In this document: positions 1 to 7,734 of the stretch, one piece after another | Layout: each line of letters opens with the position of its first letter | Numbering within the stretch: position 1 is the stretch's first letter | Origin: a virus | Taxonomy: Duplodnaviria > Caudoviricetes | Strand: one strand, 5' to 3' | DNA: 25,004 nucleotides | Virus record (IMG/VR): IMGVR_UViG_3300032329_000232 | Coordinates: 1 to 25,004 of that record | Made by a program: the position numbers and the translations under genes | Notes under the pieces: model-generated | What the model was told of the DNA's origin: nothing | Seen by the model: only the letters and a program-made list of their open reading frames with translations | Databases searched by the model: none

Positions 1-117
1 GAAATTGACGGTCAGGTTTACATCTGCGCTGACTTCGGATTCGAAAAGATTGAAGACGTTGAAATCAAGAAGATTGAAGACACAATTTTCTCAGTGAGCA
101 AGAAGGAGGTGGCTTAA
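1..117 (+). CDS. partial hypothetical protein (C-terminus; weakly YodL-like)
   Basis: Frame 1 is open from the window edge: [18 protein letters not shown]...KKEVA*. The stop overlaps the next ATG (TAATG). Confidence 0.6.
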   Translation, partial: EIDGQVYICADFGFEKIEDVEIKKIEDTIFSVSKKEVA

Positions 118-278
118 TGAATTTGCATCAAGCAAAGCAAATCGTAGGCAACCAGCCAAGTTGGGCCTTGAAAAATATGGTCAAAGCCCTCAAGATGCTT
201 CCAGCGCTTAACACAGCCGAAGATGAAATTCGGTTAGAAGCGGCAAAGGTAGTCCTCAAAAGTCGAAAGGGGAAATAA
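117..278 (+). CDS. small hypothetical protein (53 aa), not in the ORF track
   Basis: AGGAGGT RBS; [25 protein letters not shown]...; TAATG overlaps at both ends. Confidence 0.8.
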   Translation: MNLHQAKQIVGNQPSWALKNMVKALKMLPALNTAEDEIRLEAAKVVLKSRKGK

Positions 279-922
279 TGTCAAAAGGATACGAAGATTT
301 GTTTGAGCAATTGATGGATGAACGCAACGTCGAACTTCACCCGGACCTCCAGCCATATCTTGAAGATGGCGTTCTTGGTCCGCAATTGCGTCACCCGCTT
401 GTTTATGCAGTTCCGCTATGGACAAAGGCTCATGCAAATCACATGTACGAGCAAAAGCAAATGGACTTAAAAATGGCGATTGCAGAAAAAAAGTACAGCC
501 AAATCGTTTACTTGCATGAACGTCCTTATCGCCTAGATGCGTTTATCAAAATCGCAAAAGATATGCCGGACCACAAATACTGGTCGCTACTTGCATCAGT
601 GTGGACCGATACAGAAAACGCATGGCAGAACCTTCCAACATGGCGAGCGCTATTTTGGTCAAAGCGTCCGGGCCGTGAAAACCTAATGGATGCGAATGAG
701 CGCTTCACACTTGCGAATCTCCCGGAGACCGTTGAGATTTACAGAGGATGCGAGCCCGGGGTCAACGAGGACGGCCTCTCATGGACCTTAGACCCGGAGA
801 AGGCTAAGTTCTTCGCTGATAGGTTCGGGAAGCCCGGAAAGGTGCTTCAGAAGACCGTAAACAAGGCTGAAATAGTCGCGCTGTTCCAAGGTCGCAATGA
901 GTCTGAAGTCATCTGCCTTTAA
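278..922 (+). CDS. putative ADP-ribosyltransferase-fold protein (R-S-E type)
   Basis: The C-terminal half has EIYRG ... GLSWT(LDPEKAKFFA) ... NESEV, matching the ART R / S-x-T / ExE layout. Confidence 0.55.
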   Translation: MSKGYEDLFEQLMDERNVELHPDLQPYLEDGVLGPQLRHPLVYAVPLWTKAHANHMYEQKQMDLKMAIAEKKYSQIVYLHERPYRLDAFIKIAKDMPDHKYWSLLASVWTDTENAWQNLPTWRALFWSKRPGRENLMDANERFTLANLPETVEIYRGCEPGVNEDGLSWTLDPEKAKFFADRFGKPGKVLQKTVNKAEIVALFQGRNESEVICL

Positions 923-969
923 TGTGACCTAAATCACATAACCTAAGCATGATTCTTATTCAAATGAGT

Positions 970-999
970 TTGACTTAATACTAAACCCGGGTTTATAAT
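970..999 (+). promoter_or_regulatory. sigma70/SigA-type early promoter with palindromic operator
   Basis: TTGACT(970-975)-18 nt-TATAAT(994-999); perfect palindrome TAAACCCGGGTTTA at 982-995. Confidence 0.8.
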
Positions 1000-1040
1000 A
1001 TGAATGTAGGGACAGGGAGTTCCTAGAGCGGGGGTTGGAA

Positions 1041-1202
1041 ATGTTCAAGAAAGTTTACGAAGTGGAGTTTCGGGGCCAGCGCCAGAAGTACCAGTTCGAG
1101 AGCAAGCAAGAGGCTCAGGACTACGCATTGGTGGTTGCGGCTTTCGGAAGCAAGCAATACAGAATCCAACAAATCATCGTCAAGGTCGAGGAGGCAGTTT
1201 AA
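1041..1202 (+). CDS. small hypothetical protein (53 aa)
   Basis: MFKKVYEVEFRGQRQKYQFESKQEAQDYA...; GGGGG RBS; first gene after the promoter; abuts the next ATG. Confidence 0.75.
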   Translation: MFKKVYEVEFRGQRQKYQFESKQEAQDYALVVAAFGSKQYRIQQIIVKVEEAV

Positions 1203-1610
1203 ATGACTCAAGTAATTGAAAAGAAAAAAGCATTCACAAAGAATCAGTGCCACAACATTTACGTTGAGGCTTACGAAGCGGGTCTCAAGGCTGGCAACGA
1301 AGTCGGCGTCCAAAAGTTCATCGTTGGTGATGCTATTGGATTGAGTGACGAAATCGATTACAGCAAGCCAACTTACGTTTTGAACGGATTGTGCGGATTC
1401 GCTTGGGTCAACATCAAGCCAGCGCGTGGCGCGTTCGTTAACTACTTGAAGGCTCGCGGTGTCGGTAGCAAGGGTTACTACGGCGGGTACGAAATCTGGG
1501 TCAGCGAATTCGGACAGAGCGTGGACCGCAAAGCGGCGTTTGCAAGTGCGTTCGCTGAAGTGTTAAAGAAATACGGAATCGCCGCTTACGGCGCAAGCCG
1601 CTTGGACTAG
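1203..1610 (+). CDS. hypothetical phage early protein
   Basis: 135-aa ORF with GAGGAGG RBS and a CGFAWV motif. Confidence 0.85.
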   Translation: MTQVIEKKKAFTKNQCHNIYVEAYEAGLKAGNEVGVQKFIVGDAIGLSDEIDYSKPTYVLNGLCGFAWVNIKPARGAFVNYLKARGVGSKGYYGGYEIWVSEFGQSVDRKAAFASAFAEVLKKYGIAAYGASRLD

Positions 1611-1622
1611 GAGGGAAATCAC

Positions 1623-1796
1623 ATGACTCTTTCATTCGAAACAGAAAACTATAAGTGGGTTTGTGAGTGCGGTAAGCGCGGAAACCGTTTGATTTTTGGT
1701 AAGGCTTGCCAAGCATCAGATAGACACATTAAAGAACACGAAAGAAAACTTGAGTGGGGCTTTTCAATTAACTTAATTAAGGAGGAAATCAAATGA
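1623..1796 (+). CDS. small putative Zn-binding protein (57 aa)
   Basis: AGGAGG RBS; WVCECG...H...H; ATGA overlap with the next gene. Confidence 0.7.
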   Translation: MTLSFETENYKWVCECGKRGNRLIFGKACQASDRHIKEHERKLEWGFSINLIKEEIK

Positions 1797-1996
1797 CAAA
1801 AGTAATTGACGCAAGAGGATTTGAGATTCAAGAACTAGGTTTCGGCGTGGTCATCTATGAAGATATCGCCGGATATGCAGTCGTCAAGGTTGACGGCAAA
1901 GTAAAGAAGCGTTTCACAAATAAAAAAGAAAACGCTTGGTCTGATGCTTACAGATTCGCTTCAGATATTTTCTTCGAAAAGCAAAGGGGGGCATAA
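1793..1996 (+). CDS. hypothetical protein
   Basis: AAGGAGG RBS, 67 aa. Confidence 0.8.
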   Translation: MTKVIDARGFEIQELGFGVVIYEDIAGYAVVKVDGKVKKRFTNKKENAWSDAYRFASDIFFEKQRGA

Positions 1997-1998
1997 AA

Positions 1999-2370
1999 AT
2001 GACAACAGCAACAATTGAAAAAGTAATTCCAAAAGTCGGGGACATTCTTTACTCCTCATGGGGTTATGACCAGACAAACATTGAATTCTTCAAGGTCGTA
2101 AAGACCAGCGAATTCTCAGTGTGGATTCAAAAGGTCGGCTCAGAAGTAGTCGCGGTTACTGGATGGGCGCACCAAGATGTCGTCCCAACCGATTCCTCAA
2201 CCTATGAGGTCAAGAACTGGGATGCGCCGGGCTACAGCACCAACGTTTATCCAATTAGGCGCCACAAAATCCAGTGGTCCTCATTTTCAGGATACGGCGT
2301 GAGCCTTAACTCCTATGCGGCGGCCTTCTTATGGGACGGTAAGCCAAAGGGTCAAAGTCAGACCTGCTAA
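1999..2370 (+). CDS. hypothetical phage protein (KVGDILYSSWGYDQTN type)
   Basis: 123-aa ORF with RBS and an SH3/KOW-like start VGDIL. Confidence 0.85.
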   Translation: MTTATIEKVIPKVGDILYSSWGYDQTNIEFFKVVKTSEFSVWIQKVGSEVVAVTGWAHQDVVPTDSSTYEVKNWDAPGYSTNVYPIRRHKIQWSSFSGYGVSLNSYAAAFLWDGKPKGQSQTC

Positions 2371-2380
2371 TCAAATGAAC

Positions 2381-2410
2381 TTGACAGTAAACCTAACTTG
2401 GGTTTACTGT
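2381..2410 (+). promoter_or_regulatory. early promoter overlapped by a long inverted repeat
   Basis: TTGACA(2381-2386)-18 nt-TACTGT(2405-2410); inverted repeat ACAGTAAACC-N7-GGTTTACTGT at 2384-2410. Confidence 0.7.
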
Positions 2411-2446
2411 TCAGGTAAGTAAATCAACCACGAAGGAGAAAAAAAT

Positions 2447-3430
2447 ATGGCACATAATCTCGAAATCGTAAATGGCGAAGGTGCGTTTTATTCCTATCGT
2501 CAACCCGCATGGCATGCACTTGGCACAGTTTGCGAAGATGCAAAAAATGCTCAAGAAGCGCTTGAAATCGCAAAACTAGATTGGACCGTTGAGAAGTATC
2601 CAATTTTTGCAACAGGTCCTGATGGCGTTCAACTTCAGATTGAAGATAAGTTCGCAACAGGTCGCGTTCACAAAGAACTTGGATTTGGAACTCTTGGCGT
2701 CGTAGGTAATTATTACGAGCCCGTCCAAAACATCGACGCTTTCTCATTCTGCGACAACATCGCATTCGAAGGCGGATTTGGATTTGAAACTGCTGGGTCC
2801 CTAGATGGTGGCCGCCGCACTTTCCTATCTATGCAAATGCCAGAAGCCATTGAACTAGCCGGAGGCCGCGACATCGTTAATCTTTATTTGATGATTGTGA
2901 ACTCACATGATGGCACTTCACCACTAACAGCGGCAGTAACTCCGGTTCGCCCGGTCTGCGCTAACACAGTTAAGTTCGCTCTTGATAAGGCGGTCTCAAC
3001 TTACAAAGTACGTCACACAAAGAATGCTCAAGGTAAGGTCGAAGAAGCAAAGGCCGCTCTTGGCATGACACTCAAGTACAAGGATGAATTCAACGTTCTT
3101 GCTAATCGCTTGATTGATACTGAAATGAATAAGAGCGAGTTTATTAATTACGTCCGACAGGTTCTCCCGGTAGCACCTGAAGATAATGAAATAAACAAGC
3201 GCACATTGGAAATCTGGAACAACAAGTTCGACGATATTGTGAAGTTGTGGGATGCACCTACACAAGACAACATTCGCGGAACTGCATGGGCCGGATATAA
3301 CGCAGTTGTTGAGTACGCCGATTGGATTTCAGTAATCCGCGGTAAGGATGAAGCGCAACGTCGAGGACAGCGCATCATTGAAGGTACAAACAATTCGCTG
3401 AAGGATAAGGCGCTCGCGCTACTTGTTTGA
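2447..3430 (+). CDS. DUF932/DUF945-family phage/plasmid protein (TIGR03299-like)
   Basis: MAHNLE..., PAWHALG, ETAGSL.GGRR, NSHDGT, VRPVCANT, RHT, GTAWAGYNAVVEY motifs. Confidence 0.85.
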   Translation: MAHNLEIVNGEGAFYSYRQPAWHALGTVCEDAKNAQEALEIAKLDWTVEKYPIFATGPDGVQLQIEDKFATGRVHKELGFGTLGVVGNYYEPVQNIDAFSFCDNIAFEGGFGFETAGSLDGGRRTFLSMQMPEAIELAGGRDIVNLYLMIVNSHDGTSPLTAAVTPVRPVCANTVKFALDKAVSTYKVRHTKNAQGKVEEAKAALGMTLKYKDEFNVLANRLIDTEMNKSEFINYVRQVLPVAPEDNEINKRTLEIWNNKFDDIVKLWDAPTQDNIRGTAWAGYNAVVEYADWISVIRGKDEAQRRGQRIIEGTNNSLKDKALALLV

Positions 3431-3436
3431 TAAGTT

Positions 3437-3460
3437 GGGGCTCGGGTAACTCCGAGCCCC
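3437..3460 (+). terminator. GC-rich hairpin, probable terminator or stabiliser
   Basis: GGGGCTCGG-gtaact-CCGAGCCCC just after the stop; weak pyrimidine tail. Confidence 0.6.
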
Positions 3461-3484
3461 TCTCCATACCACGAAGGAGGAAAG

Positions 3485-3862
3485 ATGGTGCAAGATACAT
3501 TGGACTTCTCCCCAAAGCCCGAAATAATTCACTGCCCTTGTTGCATCGCGAATAAGGCCGCTAGGAGGCCCGTAGAAGCAAATGTAATTCAGTTAGGTAA
3601 GAACAGTCCAAGGACTTCTAGGGATGCGGCTAGGGCTGTTCTACCCCGGTCCGGCACTAAAAGAGCCCGGGTGTTTGACCTCATCGCGGGCGCGGGCGAG
3701 CGCGGGCTTTGTGACCACGAAATCGAATCGCTGACCGGGTGGTTGCATCAATCGGCTTCATCGATTAGAAATAGCCTGATGAATGACGGCTGGATTAAAG
3801 ATTCAGGATTGCGTCGCAAGACACCTCAAGGGAATGGAGCGATTGCATGGGTGAAGGCATAA
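3485..3862 (+). CDS. putative winged-helix DNA-binding protein
   Basis: PRTSRDAA...GLCDHEI...SASSIRNSLMNDGWIKDSGLRRKT.....AIAW; AAGGAGG RBS. Confidence 0.7.
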   Translation: MVQDTLDFSPKPEIIHCPCCIANKAARRPVEANVIQLGKNSPRTSRDAARAVLPRSGTKRARVFDLIAGAGERGLCDHEIESLTGWLHQSASSIRNSLMNDGWIKDSGLRRKTPQGNGAIAWVKA

Positions 3863-4026
3863 CCACAATTAAGTATTTAAAAGATTCAGAAGGTACTATT
3901 TGCGCAAAGATTAAAGAAGACCACAAAGGTCGAGTTGTTGACGTGATTACTTTTAACGACGCAAAAGAACAGCGCTGGGAAATCATTGAAACAAAAACCG
4001 AATATGACGTATGGGGCAAAAAATGA
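3847..4026 (+). CDS. small hypothetical protein (59 aa)
   Basis: GGAG RBS; MGEGITTIKYLKDSEG...; fills the gap and overlaps the next ATG at 4023. Confidence 0.6.
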   Translation: MGEGITTIKYLKDSEGTICAKIKEDHKGRVVDVITFNDAKEQRWEIIETKTEYDVWGKK

Positions 4027-4208
4027 GTTTGTTGAACAAATTAATTCCTAAATGGATTTTTGAGATTTATCCGCTATGGCGAACTTACAAATGCCCGCAT
4101 TGCTATGGAGTCTTTCAAGTTAAAGGAATAACATCAGAAAATTACGAATGCTTTTGGTGTGAAGGTGTTTACATGACGGAGCAAACTACTGAAGGGAAAA
4201 CAAAATGA
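4023..4208 (+). CDS. small Zn-ribbon protein
   Basis: CPHC...CFWC; start placed at the ATGA overlap (4023) rather than 4011. Confidence 0.65.
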   Translation: MSLLNKLIPKWIFEIYPLWRTYKCPHCYGVFQVKGITSENYECFWCEGVYMTEQTTEGKTK

Positions 4209-4357
4209 TGCTATGGATACTTGGAGTCTTTTGCGGTTTTATTGCAGGGGGCTCATTAATGCTATGGCTCTGGCACGTTGATGCACAAAATGCAAGACGA
4301 TTCAGAGACATAACCGAGACCGGAGGGTGTCCGGCATTTAGGGGGAGTGATGATTAA
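4205..4357 (+). CDS. small membrane protein (50 aa)
   Basis: MMLWILGVFCGFIAGGSLMLWLW hydrophobic N-terminus; coupled to both neighbours. Confidence 0.6.
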   Translation: MMLWILGVFCGFIAGGSLMLWLWHVDAQNARRFRDITETGGCPAFRGSDD

Positions 4358-4487
4358 GCAAGTTCAAATAGGTAAGAGATATTTAATGGTCGGCGGTAAC
4401 TTAAGCAGTTTCTCGGTAGGTTTTACAATTGATAAATACGGCTTTGCTATCAACCTAGGTTTTATATGGATTGCGTTTGAATTGTAA
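4350..4487 (+). CDS. small hydrophobic protein (45 aa)
   Basis: GGGGAG RBS; MIKQVQIGKRYLMVGGNLSSFSVGFTIDKYGFAINLGFIWIAFEL. Confidence 0.6.
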   Translation: MIKQVQIGKRYLMVGGNLSSFSVGFTIDKYGFAINLGFIWIAFEL

Positions 4488-4585
4488 TGCCCGTCAGGCG
4501 GCATTAACCTAAGTTTAGACACGCCGTAAGACTAAACACGGGTATTGATATTCATGTTATTATTTATTTCCAAGGAGGTAAGGCT

Positions 4586-4906
4586 ATGTCTATCTATTCA
4601 GCGACAGCACTACCGTCACTCGACTTACTTGGTGGCGTGGAAACTATTCAGCGACTCTTGAAACCACATACAGAGATTACAAAGATTGCATGGGACGAAC
4701 ATAACTCCCGTACAGTTGCAGTTCTCAAAACTCAAGGTGCGCAAAACGCTCTTAATACAATTGCAGAAGCAATGAAACCATTTGATGCACCTTTGCTTGA
4801 ATGCCGTTCACTTGCACATGCAGTTGTACACGCAAAAGCGCTTGCTCATTCGAATAACCTTGTAGATTTTGAGGGTTTTGATTCAGAAGACCCGTATCGT
4901 CTATAA
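4586..4906 (+). CDS. hypothetical protein
   Basis: Strong AAGGAGGT RBS; 106 aa. Confidence 0.85.
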   Translation: MSIYSATALPSLDLLGGVETIQRLLKPHTEITKIAWDEHNSRTVAVLKTQGAQNALNTIAEAMKPFDAPLLECRSLAHAVVHAKALAHSNNLVDFEGFDSEDPYRL

Positions 4907-4907
4907 T
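4878..4907 (+). promoter_or_regulatory. putative promoter for the transglycosylase gene
   Basis: TTGATT(4878-4883)-18 nt-TATAAT(4902-4907). Confidence 0.45.
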
Positions 4908-4937
4908 TTTTGCTGTAACCTTTTAGCACCCAAGTAA

Positions 4938-5029
4938 CAGTCGTCTAAGCCATAGGCGGTAGAAAGACCTTCAACCCGAAGGCATCTTAACCTTTACAAA
5001 AACCACGTTAGGTAAAGGCTAAGAAACTG
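4938..5029 (+). ncRNA. putative structured RNA or 5' leader (three hairpins in a closing stem)
   Basis: CGTCTA/TAGGCG (4942-4958), CCTTC/GAAGG (4968-4982), TCTTAACCTTTAC/GTAAAGGCTAAGA (4985-5024), closed by CAGT/ACTG. Confidence 0.4.
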
Positions 5030-5045
5030 CGTCGATAGGTGAACG

Positions 5046-5489
5046 GTGAATATAAAAAAATATGAACACCTCATTGTTATTGGAATCGTATCCGCGATAA
5101 TCGGAGCCGGAGTCGGCGGTTATTTAACCCCACATCCAGCAATTCCTGAAAAACCCATTGTTAAAAAAGTTGAACCGCAAGGTCTAACTCCCGAAAGCGC
5201 TCGCAAACTTGCTCTCTCGAAGTTAGATGATTACGGCTGGACTAAAACTCAGTGGACATGCCTCAATCAAATGTGGGGCAAAGAGTCGGCTTGGAATTAC
5301 AAATCTTCTTCGGTTACGAAGGACCACGGAATTCCTCAACGCCACATGGCAAGTAACACCAAGGCTGAAATCCACGCCTTTCAATCTGACCCAGTGGCTC
5401 AAATTAATTGGGGACTCAAATATATTAAAAGTCGTTACCAAACACCTTGCCGGGCTTGGAAATTTTGGCAGGCCAATCACTGGTATTGA
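5046..5489 (+). CDS. membrane-anchored lytic transglycosylase (SLT/lysozyme-like)
   Basis: N-terminal TM segment; CL..MW.KESAWN (catalytic Glu), HGIPQ, QINWGLKYIKSRY.TPCRAW.FW...HWY. Confidence 0.85.
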   Translation: MNIKKYEHLIVIGIVSAIIGAGVGGYLTPHPAIPEKPIVKKVEPQGLTPESARKLALSKLDDYGWTKTQWTCLNQMWGKESAWNYKSSSVTKDHGIPQRHMASNTKAEIHAFQSDPVAQINWGLKYIKSRYQTPCRAWKFWQANHWY

Positions 5490-5514
5490 GCCGGGGCTAA
5501 GTTAGACTCCCGTT

Positions 5515-6069
5515 ATGACAACAATCGTGGCTATCCAGTATGCGGATGGTGTCGTAATGGGGTCTGACAGCCTTGTAACGGCCGACAAAAAATACAACCA
5601 CCCAAGAATGGCTAAATTAACTACGACTGGCCCTTATCTAATTGCTGGAAGTGGCGAAGTAGCCGCTTGCGATATTGTGCAACATATCTGGGAACCTCCT
5701 ATTCCTACTATTGCAGACAAAAAAGACCTTTATCATTTTATGATTTCAGTTGTCATCCCGTCCATAAAAAAATGTTTTAAAGAAAACGAATATAAGTGGG
5801 ATGCGGAAGACGATGAGACGAAATTTGCTTTTCTCATTGCTATTGATGGCGAAGTTTTTGAAATTGCAGATGATTTATCTGTTTGTTTAGATGCGGCAGG
5901 ATTCTATGGAATCGGCTCCGGTTCTTCTCTGGCACTTGGAGCATTAAAGGCTCAAGCCGAAATGCCCGTTGCTTTACAGATAGCCGCTGATATCGACCCT
6001 TACACGGCGCCGCCTTTTATTTACCACACGCAGAAGAAACCAATTTTAAAGAAAAAGACTGTAAAATAA
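5515..6069 (+). CDS. Ntn-hydrolase, proteasome-beta/HslV-like peptidase
   Basis: N-terminal MTTIVA (Thr nucleophile), GSDS, GIGSGS.LALGAL, D.YT. Confidence 0.8.
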   Translation: MTTIVAIQYADGVVMGSDSLVTADKKYNHPRMAKLTTTGPYLIAGSGEVAACDIVQHIWEPPIPTIADKKDLYHFMISVVIPSIKKCFKENEYKWDAEDDETKFAFLIAIDGEVFEIADDLSVCLDAAGFYGIGSGSSLALGALKAQAEMPVALQIAADIDPYTAPPFIYHTQKKPILKKKTVK

Positions 6070-6073
6070 ATTT

Positions 6074-6328
6074 ATGGCAATTCCATTCGTAACACACGAT
6101 GTTGCTCGTTCTATCTATGAATATGCGGGGACAGACGGACTTCCGCCTTTTGAAGACCTGCCACCTACAGTTCAAATCTCTTATATTGAAGAAGCCGAAG
6201 CCGCACTAAAATCTGTTTGCAAACATATTAACTTTTTATCAACTCAAGTTGAATACAGCCCCAACCAACCTATGATTATGGCAATAATGAAAGCCATATC
6301 AGATACGTTGCAACCGCACAATGGCTGA
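6074..6328 (+). CDS. hypothetical protein
   Basis: 84-aa ORF in the operon. Confidence 0.75.
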   Translation: MAIPFVTHDVARSIYEYAGTDGLPPFEDLPPTVQISYIEEAEAALKSVCKHINFLSTQVEYSPNQPMIMAIMKAISDTLQPHNG

Positions 6329-6437
6329 TTCAAAAATCTATCGTTGTAAGTGTGGCGAGTGGCTTTATGGCGATAATGAATGTACGGTCTGCGACATCTT
6401 AGATAAGATTCAAAAACCGAAAAAGTCCAAGGACTGA
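6321..6437 (+). CDS. tiny Zn-ribbon protein (38 aa)
   Basis: MADSKIYRCKCGEWLYGDNECTVCDILD...; CxC...CxxC. Confidence 0.6.
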   Translation: MADSKIYRCKCGEWLYGDNECTVCDILDKIQKPKKSKD

Positions 6438-6467
6438 AGTACCCTTAGACCTAAGCAAGAGGGGTAG

Positions 6468-6731
6468 ATGATGGACAACGAATCGGACGAAAAACTAGAA
6501 GCAGTAAATAAAGCCGTTCAGGACTTATCCACCCTTCTTGCCCCTAATGGTGCTTTGTGTACCACTTGGATATTAATTACCGAATGGGTGGACACTGACG
6601 GTAATTTCTGGTTTAGTTCTCATGCTGAACCGGACCAACCCGTTTGGCGTCAATCAGGAATGCTCGACCACGCGAAGTCATACATGATTCAAAAACATTA
6701 CGAAGGTGTAATTAATGATGACGACAACTAG
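6468..6731 (+). CDS. hypothetical actinophage-type protein
   Basis: GAGGGG RBS; W.LITEWVD.DG...QP.WR..GML. Confidence 0.8.
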   Translation: MMDNESDEKLEAVNKAVQDLSTLLAPNGALCTTWILITEWVDTDGNFWFSSHAEPDQPVWRQSGMLDHAKSYMIQKHYEGVINDDDN

Positions 6732-6745
6732 CGTGGGTTATTTAA

Positions 6746-7060
6746 TTGAGTAAAGCCCCCAAATATCCAAAAACAATTGGCTCGGAGCCTTGTGCTACAA
6801 CTGACCCTGAGATATGGTTTCCGGAACGCTCCAATCAATACTTAAAGGTCATGGCAATTGCTAAAAGTCTTTGTCAGACCTGTCCGATAATGTATGAATG
6901 CGCCGAATATGCAATTCACACAGATGTCGAAGGTGTATGGGGCGGAACAAACGAGAAGGAACGCAGAGCGATTCAACAAGCAAAAAAGATTGAAGTCTTT
7001 CGATTCGTAAAGATGACATCTCAGATGCTTGACCAAATGGCGGCATCAAGCCGAAACTGA
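6746..7060 (+). CDS. whiB: WhiB-family Fe-S transcription factor
   Basis: Four Cys (C...DPEIWFP...CQTCP...C) and the GVWGG motif. Confidence 0.93.
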   Translation: MSKAPKYPKTIGSEPCATTDPEIWFPERSNQYLKVMAIAKSLCQTCPIMYECAEYAIHTDVEGVWGGTNEKERRAIQQAKKIEVFRFVKMTSQMLDQMAASSRN

Positions 7061-7073
7061 CGAAAGGCAGATT

Positions 7074-7550
7074 ATGTCAACCCAAGTAACGTTAATAGGA
7101 AATCTAGTATCAGACCCGGAATTAAAGTTCACACAACAAGGCAAGGCACTTGTTAAATTCACAGTAGTAACCGCAGACCGTTATAAAAATGCAGACGGAG
7201 TATGGGAAGACCGAAATACAACATTCTGGAATTGTGTTGCATGGGACCAACTTGCAGAACATGTAGCAGATTCACTTGCTAAGGGTGACAAAGCAATTGT
7301 CAATGGTAAGTCTTATCAGAAATCATGGGAAGATGAGAAGACCGGAGAGAAGCGCTCGCGTACCGAAGTAGAAGCAAAAGAAGTAGGCGCCGCATTAAGT
7401 CGAGCAACGGCCCGCATAACAAGATTGCAAAACAAATCCGCTGTAACTTCAACTGCACCAGTAAACAATGACCCTTGGGCGGTAACACCAAAAGAAAATG
7501 ACCCTTGGAATACGCCATTTGCCAACTCGGAAGACATTCCCCCGTTTTAA
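7074..7550 (+). CDS. ssb: single-stranded DNA-binding protein
   Basis: VTLIGNLVSDPELKFT, W...AE....SL.KGD, DPW repeats, acidic DIPPF tail; ATG 7074 follows GAAAGG. Confidence 0.95.
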   Translation: MSTQVTLIGNLVSDPELKFTQQGKALVKFTVVTADRYKNADGVWEDRNTTFWNCVAWDQLAEHVADSLAKGDKAIVNGKSYQKSWEDEKTGEKRSRTEVEAKEVGAALSRATARITRLQNKSAVTSTAPVNNDPWAVTPKENDPWNTPFANSEDIPPF

Positions 7551-7579
7551 GAATTGACTAAGTGTATGCTTATTCAATT

Positions 7580-7726
7580 ATGGATGTATCTGCCGAAACC
7601 TCAATCACGCCGCTTGTTGACTCGGCTATCAGACTAAACGAGGTTTATAAATCTTTACTAAAAGGCGGATTTACGGCAGACGAGGCATTATCCTTGATTG
7701 CTAAAATGACCAAGGCAACAGATTAG
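7580..7726 (+). CDS. small hypothetical protein (48 aa)
   Basis: MDVSAETSITPLVDSAIRLNEVYKSLLKGGFTADEALSLIAKMTKATD; fills the gap before the portal. Confidence 0.65.
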   Translation: MDVSAETSITPLVDSAIRLNEVYKSLLKGGFTADEALSLIAKMTKATD

Positions 7727-7734
7727 GACTTCAA

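Noticed and set aside
4938-5029. Assignment as a c-di-AMP riboswitch, tRNA or hammerhead/pistol ribozyme
   Set aside because: I could not find the respective conserved cores by eye (no T-loop GTTC, no CTGATGA core), so it is kept only as an unassigned structure.
7467-7509. Direct repeat AATGACCCTTGG x2 in ssb
   Set aside because: It encodes the DPW motifs normal in actinobacterial SSB tails.
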